Assembly (NCBI GenBank): GCA_050944875.1
Contig: JBMNRW010000003.1
Span: 32,260-96,259 of the forward strand
DNA length: 64,000 nucleotides
Direction of reading: 5' to 3'
From: Patescibacteria group bacterium
Lineage (GTDB): Bacteria; Patescibacteriota; UBA1384; JACPKC01
Shown: piece after piece, positions 27,389 to 36,014 of the stretch
How the letters are laid out: every line of letters starts with the position of its first letter
Position numbering within the stretch: position 1 is the stretch's first letter
Made by a program: the position numbers and the translations under genes
The notes under the pieces: model-generated
What the model was told of the DNA's origin: nothing
The model's database searches: none
What the model saw: only the letters and a program-made list of their open reading frames with translations

Positions 27389-27608
27389 TTAGGCGCCGAG
27401 GAGCTCGAGCGTCCGGTTTGCCATGGCGTCGAGCGAGAAGTGGGTGCGCCAGCGCTCGCGGCCACCTGGGGGAAGGTGTTAAGTGGCAGTTCGCGTGCCA
27501 GGCAATCCTGTCGGAACACTTGTCAACATCCCCTTTGGTGGGTGGGTGTGGTACCATTCTTCTAGTGTTGTTATTGCTGGCGAGGCCAAAGCAGGAGAGG
27601 GTTTTCTT

Positions 27609-28421
27609 GTGCCAAACGCCCTAGCAGGGTTCACCAAGAAGCGTATTGCATGTGCGCAGCCGTTGGCCGCAAAGCTCGCTAAAGCGCGGAAGCGCAAGGG
27701 CGTGGATCTTCGCGCTGCTGAGCTTGAGACAAAGGTCGCGATGAAGCACCTCCAGGCGCTCGAGCGCGGCGAGTACCACCGCTTACCTGAAGCGGTGTAC
27801 GTTCGTGGGTTCTTGACGCGGTACGCCGCGTTCTTGGGGCTGAAGCCAGAGAGTGTGCTCGCGGATTACGACCAGGAGTACGCGTGCTACCAGCAGGTTC
27901 GACACGTGCGCTCGTCGAAGCTTGGGGCGACCGAGGAGGGGTTGCTTCGACCGCACGTGTCGGACGACTGGTTGAAACAGCGGAAGCAGTGGTACATCAC
28001 GCCGGAGATTCTCTGGGGGAGCGCGCTCTCGAGCTTCGCGCTCATCGTCTTGGGGTACATCTGGTTCCAGGTGACGAGCTTCGCGGCCGCGCCCTCGCTC
28101 GACGTTGTGACACCGGGGAGTGAGCTTCGGGTGGCAGTCGACCTGGTAGAGGTCGCGGGGGTGACCGACCCGGCGGCCAAGCTCAGGATCAACGACCAGC
28201 CGGTCGCTGTGAGCACGGACGGGCACTTCCGCCAGGAGATCCGTCTCCTAGACGGCGTGAACACGATCGAGATCTCGGCGACGAACAAAGCCGAGAAGGA
28301 GACGACGAAGACGCTCCAGCTCTTGGCAGATATCCCCGAAGCCGCCCCAGTTGCGCTCGAGGCCGCTCCCGTGGATGATGGAGCGGGGAACATCGGACAG
28401 GCGGTCGACGCAGCTTTCTAG
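27609..28421 (+). CDS. RodZ-like helix-turn-helix (XRE-type) membrane protein
   Basis: HTH (GVDLRAAELETKVAMKHLQALERGEYHRLPEAVYVRGFLTRYAAFLGL), single TM (WGSALSSFALIVLGYIWF), extracytoplasmic C-domain. Probable GTG start at 27609 after GGAGAGG. Confidence 0.5.
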   Translation: MPNALAGFTKKRIACAQPLAAKLAKARKRKGVDLRAAELETKVAMKHLQALERGEYHRLPEAVYVRGFLTRYAAFLGLKPESVLADYDQEYACYQQVRHVRSSKLGATEEGLLRPHVSDDWLKQRKQWYITPEILWGSALSSFALIVLGYIWFQVTSFAAAPSLDVVTPGSELRVAVDLVEVAGVTDPAAKLRINDQPVAVSTDGHFRQEIRLLDGVNTIEISATNKAEKETTKTLQLLADIPEAAPVALEAAPVDDGAGNIGQAVDAAF

Positions 28422-28453
28422 CCGGTTGCTCGTGGACGGAGGGAACTCGCGAT

Positions 28454-28484
28454 GTGCTCGCCAGTGGCGAGCACGGTTTGTCTC
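28454..28484 (+). terminator. hairpin terminator
   Basis: GTGCTCGCC agt GGCGAGCAC then GGTTTGTCTCC. Confidence 0.5.
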
Positions 28485-28525
28485 CGGCCACGAACTACCA
28501 GTACTGAGGGGCAGAAGGAGGACGA

Positions 28526-29617
28526 ATGGCCAAAGGTGCAGCAGCTGGGGATATGTCCGCAGCTGAGTCCAAAGCCCGACGGCAGGCGCTCGAAGTCGCG
28601 CTCTCGACGATTGAGAAGCAGTTTGGGAAGGGGTCGATCACGACCCTAGGGGAGAGCCGGGCGCTCGATGTCCAGGTAATCCCGACCGGCGCGCTCTCGC
28701 TCGACCTCGCGCTCGGCGTTGGCGGCGTGCCGCGCGGCCGGATTATTGAAATCTATGGGCCGGAGTCGAGCGGGAAGACGACTTTGTCGATGCACATCGC
28801 CGCGGAGGCGCAGAAGGCGGGCGGGCTCGCCGCGTTCATCGACGCCGAGCACGCGTTCAACCCGGAGTACGCCCGGAACATCGGCTTGAACCTTGAGGAC
28901 CTCCTGGTATCGCAGCCGGACTCTGGTGAGCAGGCCTTAGAGATCGCGGAGACGCTCGTCCGCTCGAACGCGGTCGACGCCATCGTCGTCGACTCGGTGG
29001 CGGCGCTCGTGCCACGGAGCGAGATCGAGGGCGAGATGGGCGAAGCGTCGGTTGGTGTTCAGGCCCGACTCATGAGTCAGGCGCTCCGGAAGCTCACCGC
29101 CGCGGTCGCGAAGTCGAAGACCTGCCTCATCTTCATCAACCAGCTCCGGATGAAGATCGGCGTCATGTTCGGGAACCCGGAGACGACGACCGGCGGTATG
29201 GCGTTGAAGTTCTACTCGTCGGTCCGAATGGAGATTCGGCGGACAGAGCAGCTGAAGGCCGGTGACCGCGTGATCGGGAACCGTGTCAAGGTGAAGATCG
29301 TGAAGAACAAGGTTGCGCCGCCGTTCACCGTCGCGGAGTTCGAGATTATCTACCCGCGCGGCATCTCGGTGGCCGGCGACATCTTGGATCTGGGCGTGAA
29401 GTACGGTTTCATCGAGAAGAGCGGATCGTGGTTTCAAATGGGCGAGGAGCGGTTGGGTCAAGGCCGGGACGCCGCCCGGAGCTTCCTCGAGAATCGGCCG
29501 GAGACCATGGCGAGTCTGCGGACCGAAATCCTCCGCCTCGCGAACGAACCCGTAGACGCGCCGAAGGGGAAGGAACAAGACGCCCCGGCACCTGAGGCGT
29601 CGGATGCAGCGAAGTAG
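28526..29617 (+). CDS. recA: recombinase RecA
   Basis: GPESSGKTT Walker [13 protein letters not shown] and other canonical RecA blocks. GAAGGAGG SD. Confidence 0.95.
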   Translation: MAKGAAAGDMSAAESKARRQALEVALSTIEKQFGKGSITTLGESRALDVQVIPTGALSLDLALGVGGVPRGRIIEIYGPESSGKTTLSMHIAAEAQKAGGLAAFIDAEHAFNPEYARNIGLNLEDLLVSQPDSGEQALEIAETLVRSNAVDAIVVDSVAALVPRSEIEGEMGEASVGVQARLMSQALRKLTAAVAKSKTCLIFINQLRMKIGVMFGNPETTTGGMALKFYSSVRMEIRRTEQLKAGDRVIGNRVKVKIVKNKVAPPFTVAEFEIIYPRGISVAGDILDLGVKYGFIEKSGSWFQMGEERLGQGRDAARSFLENRPETMASLRTEILRLANEPVDAPKGKEQDAPAPEASDAAK

Positions 29618-29637
29618 TTGACGAGCGTAGCTGCGCT

Positions 29638-30435
29638 GTGACCATTCACTACATCGGCCTCTCGTCGTTCCTCATTGAGAACGAGCAGGGGTTTCGCATC
29701 CTGGTTGACCCGTTCAACGATGCGCCGGAGTGGCGTCTGGGCCCCATCTTCCCGACGGAGTTTAAGGGGAGGCCGTTCGGTGCCAACATTGTCCTTATGT
29801 CGGAGCCAGACGCCGACCACGCGTACGCACCGGGAGGGTGGCTCCAGCATGCTCCAGCAACGGCAGTGAATAGTAACCCCTTCCCTGGCCTCGATCTTCG
29901 GGGAACAGTCGTGTACGAGCACCAGGGAGACGTCAACATTGCCTGGCACTATACGGTTGACGGACTGAGGCTGGCGCACTTCGCTGACCACTGCCACGTC
30001 CTAACCGCTGAGCAGCTCAGCGAGCTCGGTACGCCAGATATTATTTTTCTGGCGCCACCAAAGGTACAGGGTGAGGCAGCGAAGGAGGCGGTGCGAGAGA
30101 ATATCCGACTACTGAGCCCACAGGTGGTGATCTGGGCCCACCACCTCGCACCACGTACTTTGCCGAAATCAGACGATCCCGAGATCCTCCAGACGTTCTT
30201 CCGACGGTACTTCGAGGAGAATGCGAGTACGAACCAGGGATACACAGACGAGACCAGCTTCATGAGCCTCTGTACGGTGCTCGAGAACGCCATCGCCCTT
30301 AACCATGAGTACGTGGGTCAGACGTTGATTGATCCGGTGCTCGAGGTGAACGATGCGCTGCTCGCTCGAGGGGGAGATCGCCCGCTGAGCATCTTGTTTC
30401 GCGCCATGCTCGCGCGGTCGGCGTCTGCTCAGTAG
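29638..30435 (+). CDS. MBL-fold metallo-hydrolase
   Basis: 265 aa. GTG start. DADHAY-type metal-binding motif in an MBL-like fold. Function unknown. Confidence 0.5.
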   Translation: MTIHYIGLSSFLIENEQGFRILVDPFNDAPEWRLGPIFPTEFKGRPFGANIVLMSEPDADHAYAPGGWLQHAPATAVNSNPFPGLDLRGTVVYEHQGDVNIAWHYTVDGLRLAHFADHCHVLTAEQLSELGTPDIIFLAPPKVQGEAAKEAVRENIRLLSPQVVIWAHHLAPRTLPKSDDPEILQTFFRRYFEENASTNQGYTDETSFMSLCTVLENAIALNHEYVGQTLIDPVLEVNDALLARGGDRPLSILFRAMLARSASAQ

Positions 30436-30525
30436 GTGCTGCGTCGCGCGATTCGGTTGGCCACGCTGCGCAGTGCTCCGCAGATTCCTCTGCTATACTT
30501 ACCGGAGAAGATCGACAGGAGGGCG

Positions 30526-32883
30526 ATGGGGAGAGAGGGCGGAGAGCTCGCGTGGCTCTCGGAGATCGGGAACGCTGACGTCGACCGCGTCGGCGTGAAA
30601 GCGGCGACCTTGGGCGCGTTGGCGGCGAGCGACGTTGACGTGCCGCCCGGCTTCGTGGTGCCGACGACCGCGTTCGCAGCGTTCCTCCATCAGGCCTGCA
30701 TTGAGGCGCAGATCGCGGAGACGCTCGACGGCCTCGATGCGTCGGATGCGCGTCGGCTCCACCAGGCCGCTAGGACGATCCAGGACGCGATTCTTAGTGC
30801 GCCGACTGATCCAGGCCTCGAGGCAGCGATTCTCGGAGCCTACGACCGATTACGGGCGTCTGGCGGGCTGCAGGTTGCGGTCCGGCCATCAGTCGTTACT
30901 CATGACCTGCCGAGCCCTGCGCTCGCCGGGCAGCAGAAGTCATTCCTCGGCGTGGCAGGCGCGACACGAATTCTCGACGCCGTGAAGCACGTCTGGGCGA
31001 GCCTGTACACCGCCCGATCGCTGTACTACCGGCTCCATCACTCGAAGGAGTCGCCGGTCGTCCACCTGGCGGTGCTCGTGCAGGCGATGGTGCCGGCCCG
31101 GGTTGCCGGCGTCCTCTCGACGACCGACCTGACGGGCGGGGACCGGCAGCAGTTCCGTGTCGAGGCAGCCTGGGGGCTCGGGGAGGCGGTGACGGAAGGG
31201 CTGTTGACACCTGACCAGTACCTCCTCGACCGGGAAACCGGCAGGGTGCTCGAGCAGACCGTTGTTCGTCAGCCGTGGCAGCTCGAGAAGCCGTCGGGCG
31301 AGCACCAGCTCCGCCACGTCCCGGTTCCGGCTTCTCGGCAAGACGTCGCCAAGCTCAATCCTGAGGAGCTCCACTCGCTCTGGGAGGCGGCGACCGCTAT
31401 CCTCAAGCACCAGGGTGGCGACCGCGAGATCGAGTGGGCATTTGCTGACGACCGGCTTCTTATTCTCGAAGCCCGACCGATTCAGTCGGTTGTCCGTGCC
31501 GTACGCGTTCGCGGCGAGCATGATCGCCAGGCACGAACCCCGCGTATCCCGCTCCTCACCGGCCGGTCGGCGAGCCTGGGCGTCGCGACTGGTTCCGTCC
31601 GGATTATCCACTCGACGGATGAGCTCGACCGCGTGCGCGCCGGCGACGTTCTGGTCGCCGAGACGACGAGCCCAGACTTCCTCCCCGCGCTCGAGCGGGC
31701 GGCTGCGCTCGTGACGAACGAGGGTGGGCGGACGAGCCACGCGGCACTCGTCGCGCAGGAGTTCGGCATCCCGGCGGTTGTCGGGACAGGGACCGCCACG
31801 CACCTCCTCCACGAGGGGCAGGTCGTGACGGTCGACGGCGGGAGCGGCCAGGTGTTCCGCGGCAAGCTCGTACTTCCGCACGCGGACGCGGCGGCGCTCC
31901 GTCCGACGCCACGGCACCGTCGTGAGGCGCCCCGGACAGCGACGAAGGTACTCGTGAACCTCGCGAACCCGGCACACGCGAAGGAAGCGGCCCAACTCCC
32001 GGTGGACGGCGTCGGCCTCCTCCGGGCAGAGTTCATGGTCGCCCGCCTGCACAAGCACCCGAAGGCGTTCGTCGCCGAGGGGAAGCGCGCCGAGTACGTC
32101 CGCGCACTCGCCCAGGGCATCGAGGCGTTTGCGAGCGCGTTCCACCCGCACCCGGTCGTGTACCGAGCGAGTGACTTCAAGACGAACGAGTACCGGGGAC
32201 TCCCAGGTGGCGCCCAGTACGAGCCGGCGGAGGAGAACCCGATGCTCGGGTACCGTGGCACGCTCCGCTACCTCCAGGAACCCGACCTCTTCCGCGCCGA
32301 GCTCGAGGCGCTCATGGAAGTGCGGGGGCGGCGCGGCTTCGACAACGTCTCGCTCATGCTCCCGTTCGTCCGGACGGTTGAGGAGTTTCAGCGCGCCAAG
32401 GCGCTCGTCGACGCGAGTGGGCTCACCGCTGACCGACGGTTCAAGCTCCTCATGATGTGCGAGGTGCCGAGCAACGTGTTCCTCATCGAGTCGTTCCTCG
32501 ACGCCGGCGTCCAGGGGATCTCGATCGGGACGAACGATCTGACGCAGCTCATCCTCGGCGTCGATCGCGACAACGCGCACCTGGCGGACCACTTCGACGA
32601 GAACGACCCGGCCGTCAAGGCGGCGATCCGCCACGTCGTCGCGGCCTGCCGGGCACGCCACATCTCGGTGTCGGCGTGCGGGGACGCGGTTAGTCGCTCA
32701 CCAGCGTTCGCGGAGTTCCTCGTCGAGGAGGGAGTGACGAGCGTCTCGGTCCGACCTGATACCGCGGTCGTGGTCCGCGAGCTCGTCGCCTCGATCGAGC
32801 ACCAGCTCCATCGGACGACCTCGCGACCAGGAGCGCGTACGCTCACTGGCGCGCCGCTCCGTTCGGCCGTGCGGACAGCCTGA
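30526..32883 (+). CDS. ppsA: phosphoenolpyruvate synthase (PEP-utilising enzyme, PpsA-like)
   Basis: N-terminal ATP-grasp-like pyruvate phosphate dikinase domain, phosphohistidine mobile domain GGRTSHAALVAQEFGIPAVVG, C-terminal PEP-utilising TIM barrel (MCEVPSNVFLIESF, GTNDLTQL). ATG at 30526 after AGGAGGG. Confidence 0.75.
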   Translation: MGREGGELAWLSEIGNADVDRVGVKAATLGALAASDVDVPPGFVVPTTAFAAFLHQACIEAQIAETLDGLDASDARRLHQAARTIQDAILSAPTDPGLEAAILGAYDRLRASGGLQVAVRPSVVTHDLPSPALAGQQKSFLGVAGATRILDAVKHVWASLYTARSLYYRLHHSKESPVVHLAVLVQAMVPARVAGVLSTTDLTGGDRQQFRVEAAWGLGEAVTEGLLTPDQYLLDRETGRVLEQTVVRQPWQLEKPSGEHQLRHVPVPASRQDVAKLNPEELHSLWEAATAILKHQGGDREIEWAFADDRLLILEARPIQSVVRAVRVRGEHDRQARTPRIPLLTGRSASLGVATGSVRIIHSTDELDRVRAGDVLVAETTSPDFLPALERAAALVTNEGGRTSHAALVAQEFGIPAVVGTGTATHLLHEGQVVTVDGGSGQVFRGKLVLPHADAAALRPTPRHRREAPRTATKVLVNLANPAHAKEAAQLPVDGVGLLRAEFMVARLHKHPKAFVAEGKRAEYVRALAQGIEAFASAFHPHPVVYRASDFKTNEYRGLPGGAQYEPAEENPMLGYRGTLRYLQEPDLFRAELEALMEVRGRRGFDNVSLMLPFVRTVEEFQRAKALVDASGLTADRRFKLLMMCEVPSNVFLIESFLDAGVQGISIGTNDLTQLILGVDRDNAHLADHFDENDPAVKAAIRHVVAACRARHISVSACGDAVSRSPAFAEFLVEEGVTSVSVRPDTAVVVRELVASIEHQLHRTTSRPGARTLTGAPLRSAVRTA

Positions 32884-32928
32884 CCCGCCTTGTTCTTGGG
32901 GTCTCGATCCTCTATACTTTCCCCGTTC

Positions 32929-33018
32929 GGTGAGGTGGCAGAGTGGCCGAATGCAACGCACTGCTAATGCGTTGGCCTCGTAAGGGGCCCGTGGGTTCGA
33001 ATCCCACCCTCACCGCCA
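32929..33018 (+). tRNA. tRNA-Ser (anticodon GCT), long variable arm, CCA encoded
   Basis: Cloverleaf folded by eye. Acceptor GGTGAGG/CCTCACC, anticodon loop CTGCTAA, long variable arm, T-loop TTCGAAT. Confidence 0.75.
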
Positions 33019-33032
33019 CGCCGTTCATACAT

Positions 33033-33056
33033 CCCGTAGCTACTTCGTAGCTCCTG
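33033..33056 (+). repeat. 24-nt repeat CCCGTAGCTACTTCGTAGCTCCTG (copy 1), tRNA 5'-end mimic with hairpin
   Basis: Identical 24-mer also at 33209..33232. Begins like the acceptor/D-stem of the following tRNA. Confidence 0.6.
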
Positions 33057-33105
33057 GACGCGCTCGCACTCCTCCGCACGCGAGCGTCGTAGCATTGACT
33101 CGCTT

Positions 33106-33182
33106 GTCCCCGTAGCTCAGCTGGATAGAGCGTCAGCTTGCGGAGCTGAAGGCCACAGGTTCGAATCCTGTCGGGGACGCCA
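33106..33182 (+). tRNA. tRNA-Arg, anticodon read as GCG (unusual; needs confirmation), CCA encoded
   Basis: Acceptor GTCCCCG/CGGGGAC, D-arm TAGCTCAGCTGGATAGAGCG, anticodon stem TCAGC/GCTGA with loop TTGCGGA, T-loop TTCGAAT. Confidence 0.65.
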
Positions 33183-33208
33183 GAATTTTTGCGTCAGGTG
33201 GCTATGCG

Positions 33209-33232
33209 CCCGTAGCTACTTCGTAGCTCCTG
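33209..33232 (+). repeat. 24-nt repeat copy 2 (embedded in GCGCCCGTAGCTACTTCGTAGCTCCTGCGC)
   Basis: Identical to 33033..33056. Its 5' flank GCGCCCGTAGCT equals the first 12 nt of the next tRNA gene. Confidence 0.6.
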
Positions 33233-33259
33233 CGCTTGCTCGGTGTATTTCGCTCACTT

Positions 33260-33335
33260 GCGCCCGTAGCTCAGCGGATAGAGCGTCAGGTTCCGGACCT
33301 GAAGGTCGGGGGTTCAAGTCCCTCCGGGCGCGCCA
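33260..33335 (+). tRNA. tRNA-Arg (anticodon CCG), CCA encoded
   Basis: Acceptor GCGCCCG/CGGGCGC, anticodon loop TTCCGGA, T-loop TTCAAGT. Confidence 0.75.
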
Positions 33336-33390
33336 CTCCACGATTAAGATCGCACCGCTCTTCGGCGGTGCGTTGCCGTATACTACCCCC

Positions 33391-34857
33391 ATGACTGCAT
33401 CATCGAACTTCGCGCGCCAGGTCTTCTCGAACACGCTCGTCCAGTTCGCTGGGCGGGTAGGGACGACGCTGCTCGGGATTGCCTCGGTTGCACTTCTCAC
33501 CCGCGCGCTCGGCGTCGCCGGGTACGGCGAGTACACGACGGCGTTCGCTTTCGTCTCGTTCTTCGCGGTCGTCGCCGACGCTGGGTTTTTCGTTATCCTT
33601 CTCCGAGAACTCTCGAAGGAAGGGTCGGACCAGTCGCGATTGGTCCGGAACGTTTTAACTGCGCGGACGGTATTAGGGATCTTTGTATTTGGCCTCGCCG
33701 CGCTCGCCGGGACGCTCATCCCGCAGTACACATCGTCAGTTCGGCTCGGGATCGCCGTGCTCTCATTCGCCTCACTCTGGCTTGTCATGAACCAGACGGT
33801 TGTCGCCGTGTTCCAGCGACACCTGAAGATGGGCTACGCCGTCCTGGCGGAGCTTGCCGGCCGGGCGCTGCTGTTCGGGTTACTCTGGCTCATCGTGGTG
33901 CAAGGGGGCTCGTTCGCTGCGGTGATGTGGGCCTACGTCGTGGCGAACGTCGTGAACTTCCTCCTGACAGCCGCGTTTGCTCGACGGTTCGTGTCGCTTC
34001 GCCCCGCGTTCGACTTCGATCTCTGGCAGCAGGTCGCGCGCGAGGCGCTACCAGTCGGCATTGTGCTCGTGCTCCACGTCATCTACTTCAAGGTCGACGC
34101 GCTGCTCATCTCGCTCATGAAAGGCAGCGTCGACGTTGGGATCTACGGTGCGCCGTACAAGGTAGTTGAAGTACTCCTCACGATCCCGACGATGTTCCTC
34201 GGGAATCTCTTCCCGTCGTTCACCGCACTCCTCTCTCGGCAGGATGCGGGCGCTGAGGCGCTCTACCAGCAGGCGTTCCGTGTTCTCGCGCTCGTGGCGG
34301 CGCCGATCGCTATTCTTGGCGCGGTGTTCGCGTCGCCGGCACTTGAGCTCGTCGCTGGTGAGGCGTACGTAACGACGTCGACAGTCGAGTGGCTCGGGGC
34401 GCCGGCGACCGGGGCAACAACCCTGCAACTCCTCTTCGTCGCTGTCGGGATAGCGTTCTTCTCGGCGCTCGCGAACTACGTGCTCGTCGCCGCCGGCCGC
34501 CAGCGGGCGCTCGTGCTGCCGAACCTGGCCTTTGTTGTGGTGAACGTCGGCGCGAACCTACTCCTTATCCCATCGCTCTCGTACGTCGGCGCGGCGCTCG
34601 CGACGATTCTCACCGAGCTCGTCGCGGCAGCGACGTTGCTTAGTCTCGTCCGGCGTTGGATCGGACTCAGTGTCCCTCTTGGGGCGGTGGCGACTCCGCT
34701 CTTAAGTGCGGGCGCCGCGGCACTGCTCGGCAGTATCCTGCTCTCAAATTCGTTCTCCGTTGCTGTGCTTGCGAGCGCTACGACGTACGGCGCGCTCGTC
34801 TGGTGGCTTGGCGCGCTCCCGCCGGTGCTCGTGCAGCTCAGCCGTGGCCGACGCTAG
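33391..34857 (+). CDS. polysaccharide biosynthesis flippase (Wzx/MOP-superfamily, PST family)
   Basis: ~12 TM helices. N-terminal NTLVQFAGRVGTTLLGIASVALLTRALG block typical of Wzx/PST. TATACT box ends 6 nt before the ATG (ORF track 33373..34857). Confidence 0.65.
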   Translation: MTASSNFARQVFSNTLVQFAGRVGTTLLGIASVALLTRALGVAGYGEYTTAFAFVSFFAVVADAGFFVILLRELSKEGSDQSRLVRNVLTARTVLGIFVFGLAALAGTLIPQYTSSVRLGIAVLSFASLWLVMNQTVVAVFQRHLKMGYAVLAELAGRALLFGLLWLIVVQGGSFAAVMWAYVVANVVNFLLTAAFARRFVSLRPAFDFDLWQQVAREALPVGIVLVLHVIYFKVDALLISLMKGSVDVGIYGAPYKVVEVLLTIPTMFLGNLFPSFTALLSRQDAGAEALYQQAFRVLALVAAPIAILGAVFASPALELVAGEAYVTTSTVEWLGAPATGATTLQLLFVAVGIAFFSALANYVLVAAGRQRALVLPNLAFVVVNVGANLLLIPSLSYVGAALATILTELVAAATLLSLVRRWIGLSVPLGAVATPLLSAGAAALLGSILLSNSFSVAVLASATTYGALVWWLGALPPVLVQLSRGRR

Positions 34858-34890
34858 TCACGGCTGGAAAAACTCGCTACGCTTCCCGTG

Positions 34891-35991
34891 ATGCGCATCG
34901 CAATCGACATGCAGACGACGCTCGCCCAGAAGACGGGGATGGGCTTCTACGTCCAGAACCTCGTTGACACGCTCGAGCGGCTCGACCGGACGCACGAGTA
35001 CGCGAAGATCCTGCCGAGTACGGAGCAAGACTTTAACTCTGCTCGGCGCTGGTGGTGGGACCAGGTCGGGTTCCCGCGGGCCGCAGCGGCGAGCGGCGCC
35101 GACCTTTGGCATCAGCCAGCGTTCTCAGCGCCGATCAGACACGGGAAGCCCCTCGTTGTGACGATCCACGACCTCATCGCGATCCACTTCGCCGAGGATA
35201 TTCCACTCGGGAGCCGGCTCTACTTCGGGAAGTGGATGCCGTTCTCGTACCGGTTCGCCGACCACATCATCGCGATCTCTGCGTACACGAAGCGCGACGT
35301 TATGGCGCTCCTCGGCTTGCCAGACGAGAAGATTACCGTCATCCACGAAGCAGCAGACGAGGTGTTCCGGCCGATCCGGGAGCGCGACGAGCTCGAGCGG
35401 GTCCGGGCGAAGTACAAGACCGGGAGCCGCTACATCCTCCACGTCGGGACACTCAACCCGCGGAAAAACCTCGAGTTTCTCGTTCGGGTATTCGCCGTTG
35501 CGCGGAAGAAGGTTGGCCCGAGCTGGAAGCTCGTCATTACGGGGAAGAAGGGGTGGTACTACGAAGGTCTCTTCCGGGCGGTCGCTGAGCTCGGTCTTCA
35601 GGATTCGGTGGTGTTCACGGGGTACGTCGACGAGGCCGATAAGCCAGCGCTCTACAACGCGGCATCAATCTTCGCCTTCCCCTCACTCTTCGAGGGAGCG
35701 GGTCTCCCGCCAGTCGAAGCGATGCGCTGCGGCGTGCCGGTTGTGAGCTCGAACACCTCCTCGCTCCCCGAGATGGTCGGCGCAGGCGGCATCCTCCTGT
35801 CGCCAACCGATATGAAAGGTTGGGTCAGGGCACTGACGAGCCTGATGACGGACGCATCACTGCGCCGTGAGTATGCCGCGAAGGGCCAGAAGCAGGCGAA
35901 GCGGTTCAGCTGGGATCGGACGGCGCGTGAGACGATCGCCGTGTACGAGCGCGTGCTCGCTCGTCACGGCAGCGCGACTTCTCCCAGGTAA
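34891..35991 (+). CDS. glycosyltransferase family 4 (GT-B, Glycos_transf_1)
   Basis: MRIAIDMQT N-terminus, C-terminal EGAGLPPVEAMRCGVPVV motif. Confidence 0.8.
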   Translation: MRIAIDMQTTLAQKTGMGFYVQNLVDTLERLDRTHEYAKILPSTEQDFNSARRWWWDQVGFPRAAAASGADLWHQPAFSAPIRHGKPLVVTIHDLIAIHFAEDIPLGSRLYFGKWMPFSYRFADHIIAISAYTKRDVMALLGLPDEKITVIHEAADEVFRPIRERDELERVRAKYKTGSRYILHVGTLNPRKNLEFLVRVFAVARKKVGPSWKLVITGKKGWYYEGLFRAVAELGLQDSVVFTGYVDEADKPALYNAASIFAFPSLFEGAGLPPVEAMRCGVPVVSSNTSSLPEMVGAGGILLSPTDMKGWVRALTSLMTDASLRREYAAKGQKQAKRFSWDRTARETIAVYERVLARHGSATSPR

Positions 35992-35999
35992 GCGACTCC

Positions 36000-36008
36000 T
36001 GGTATACT
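36000..36008 (+). promoter_or_regulatory. extended -10 TGgTATACT, 6 nt before the ATG at 36015 (leaderless-type)
   Basis: Read directly. Confidence 0.45.
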
Positions 36009-36014
36009 GCCCAC

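Noticed and set aside
28491-28525. Possible SOS operator upstream of recA (palindrome CAGTACTG at 28499..28506)
   Set aside because: It matches neither the CTGT-N8-ACAG nor the CGAAC-N4-GTTCG LexA consensus, and an 8-bp palindrome alone is common. It also overlaps a plausible -10-like region.
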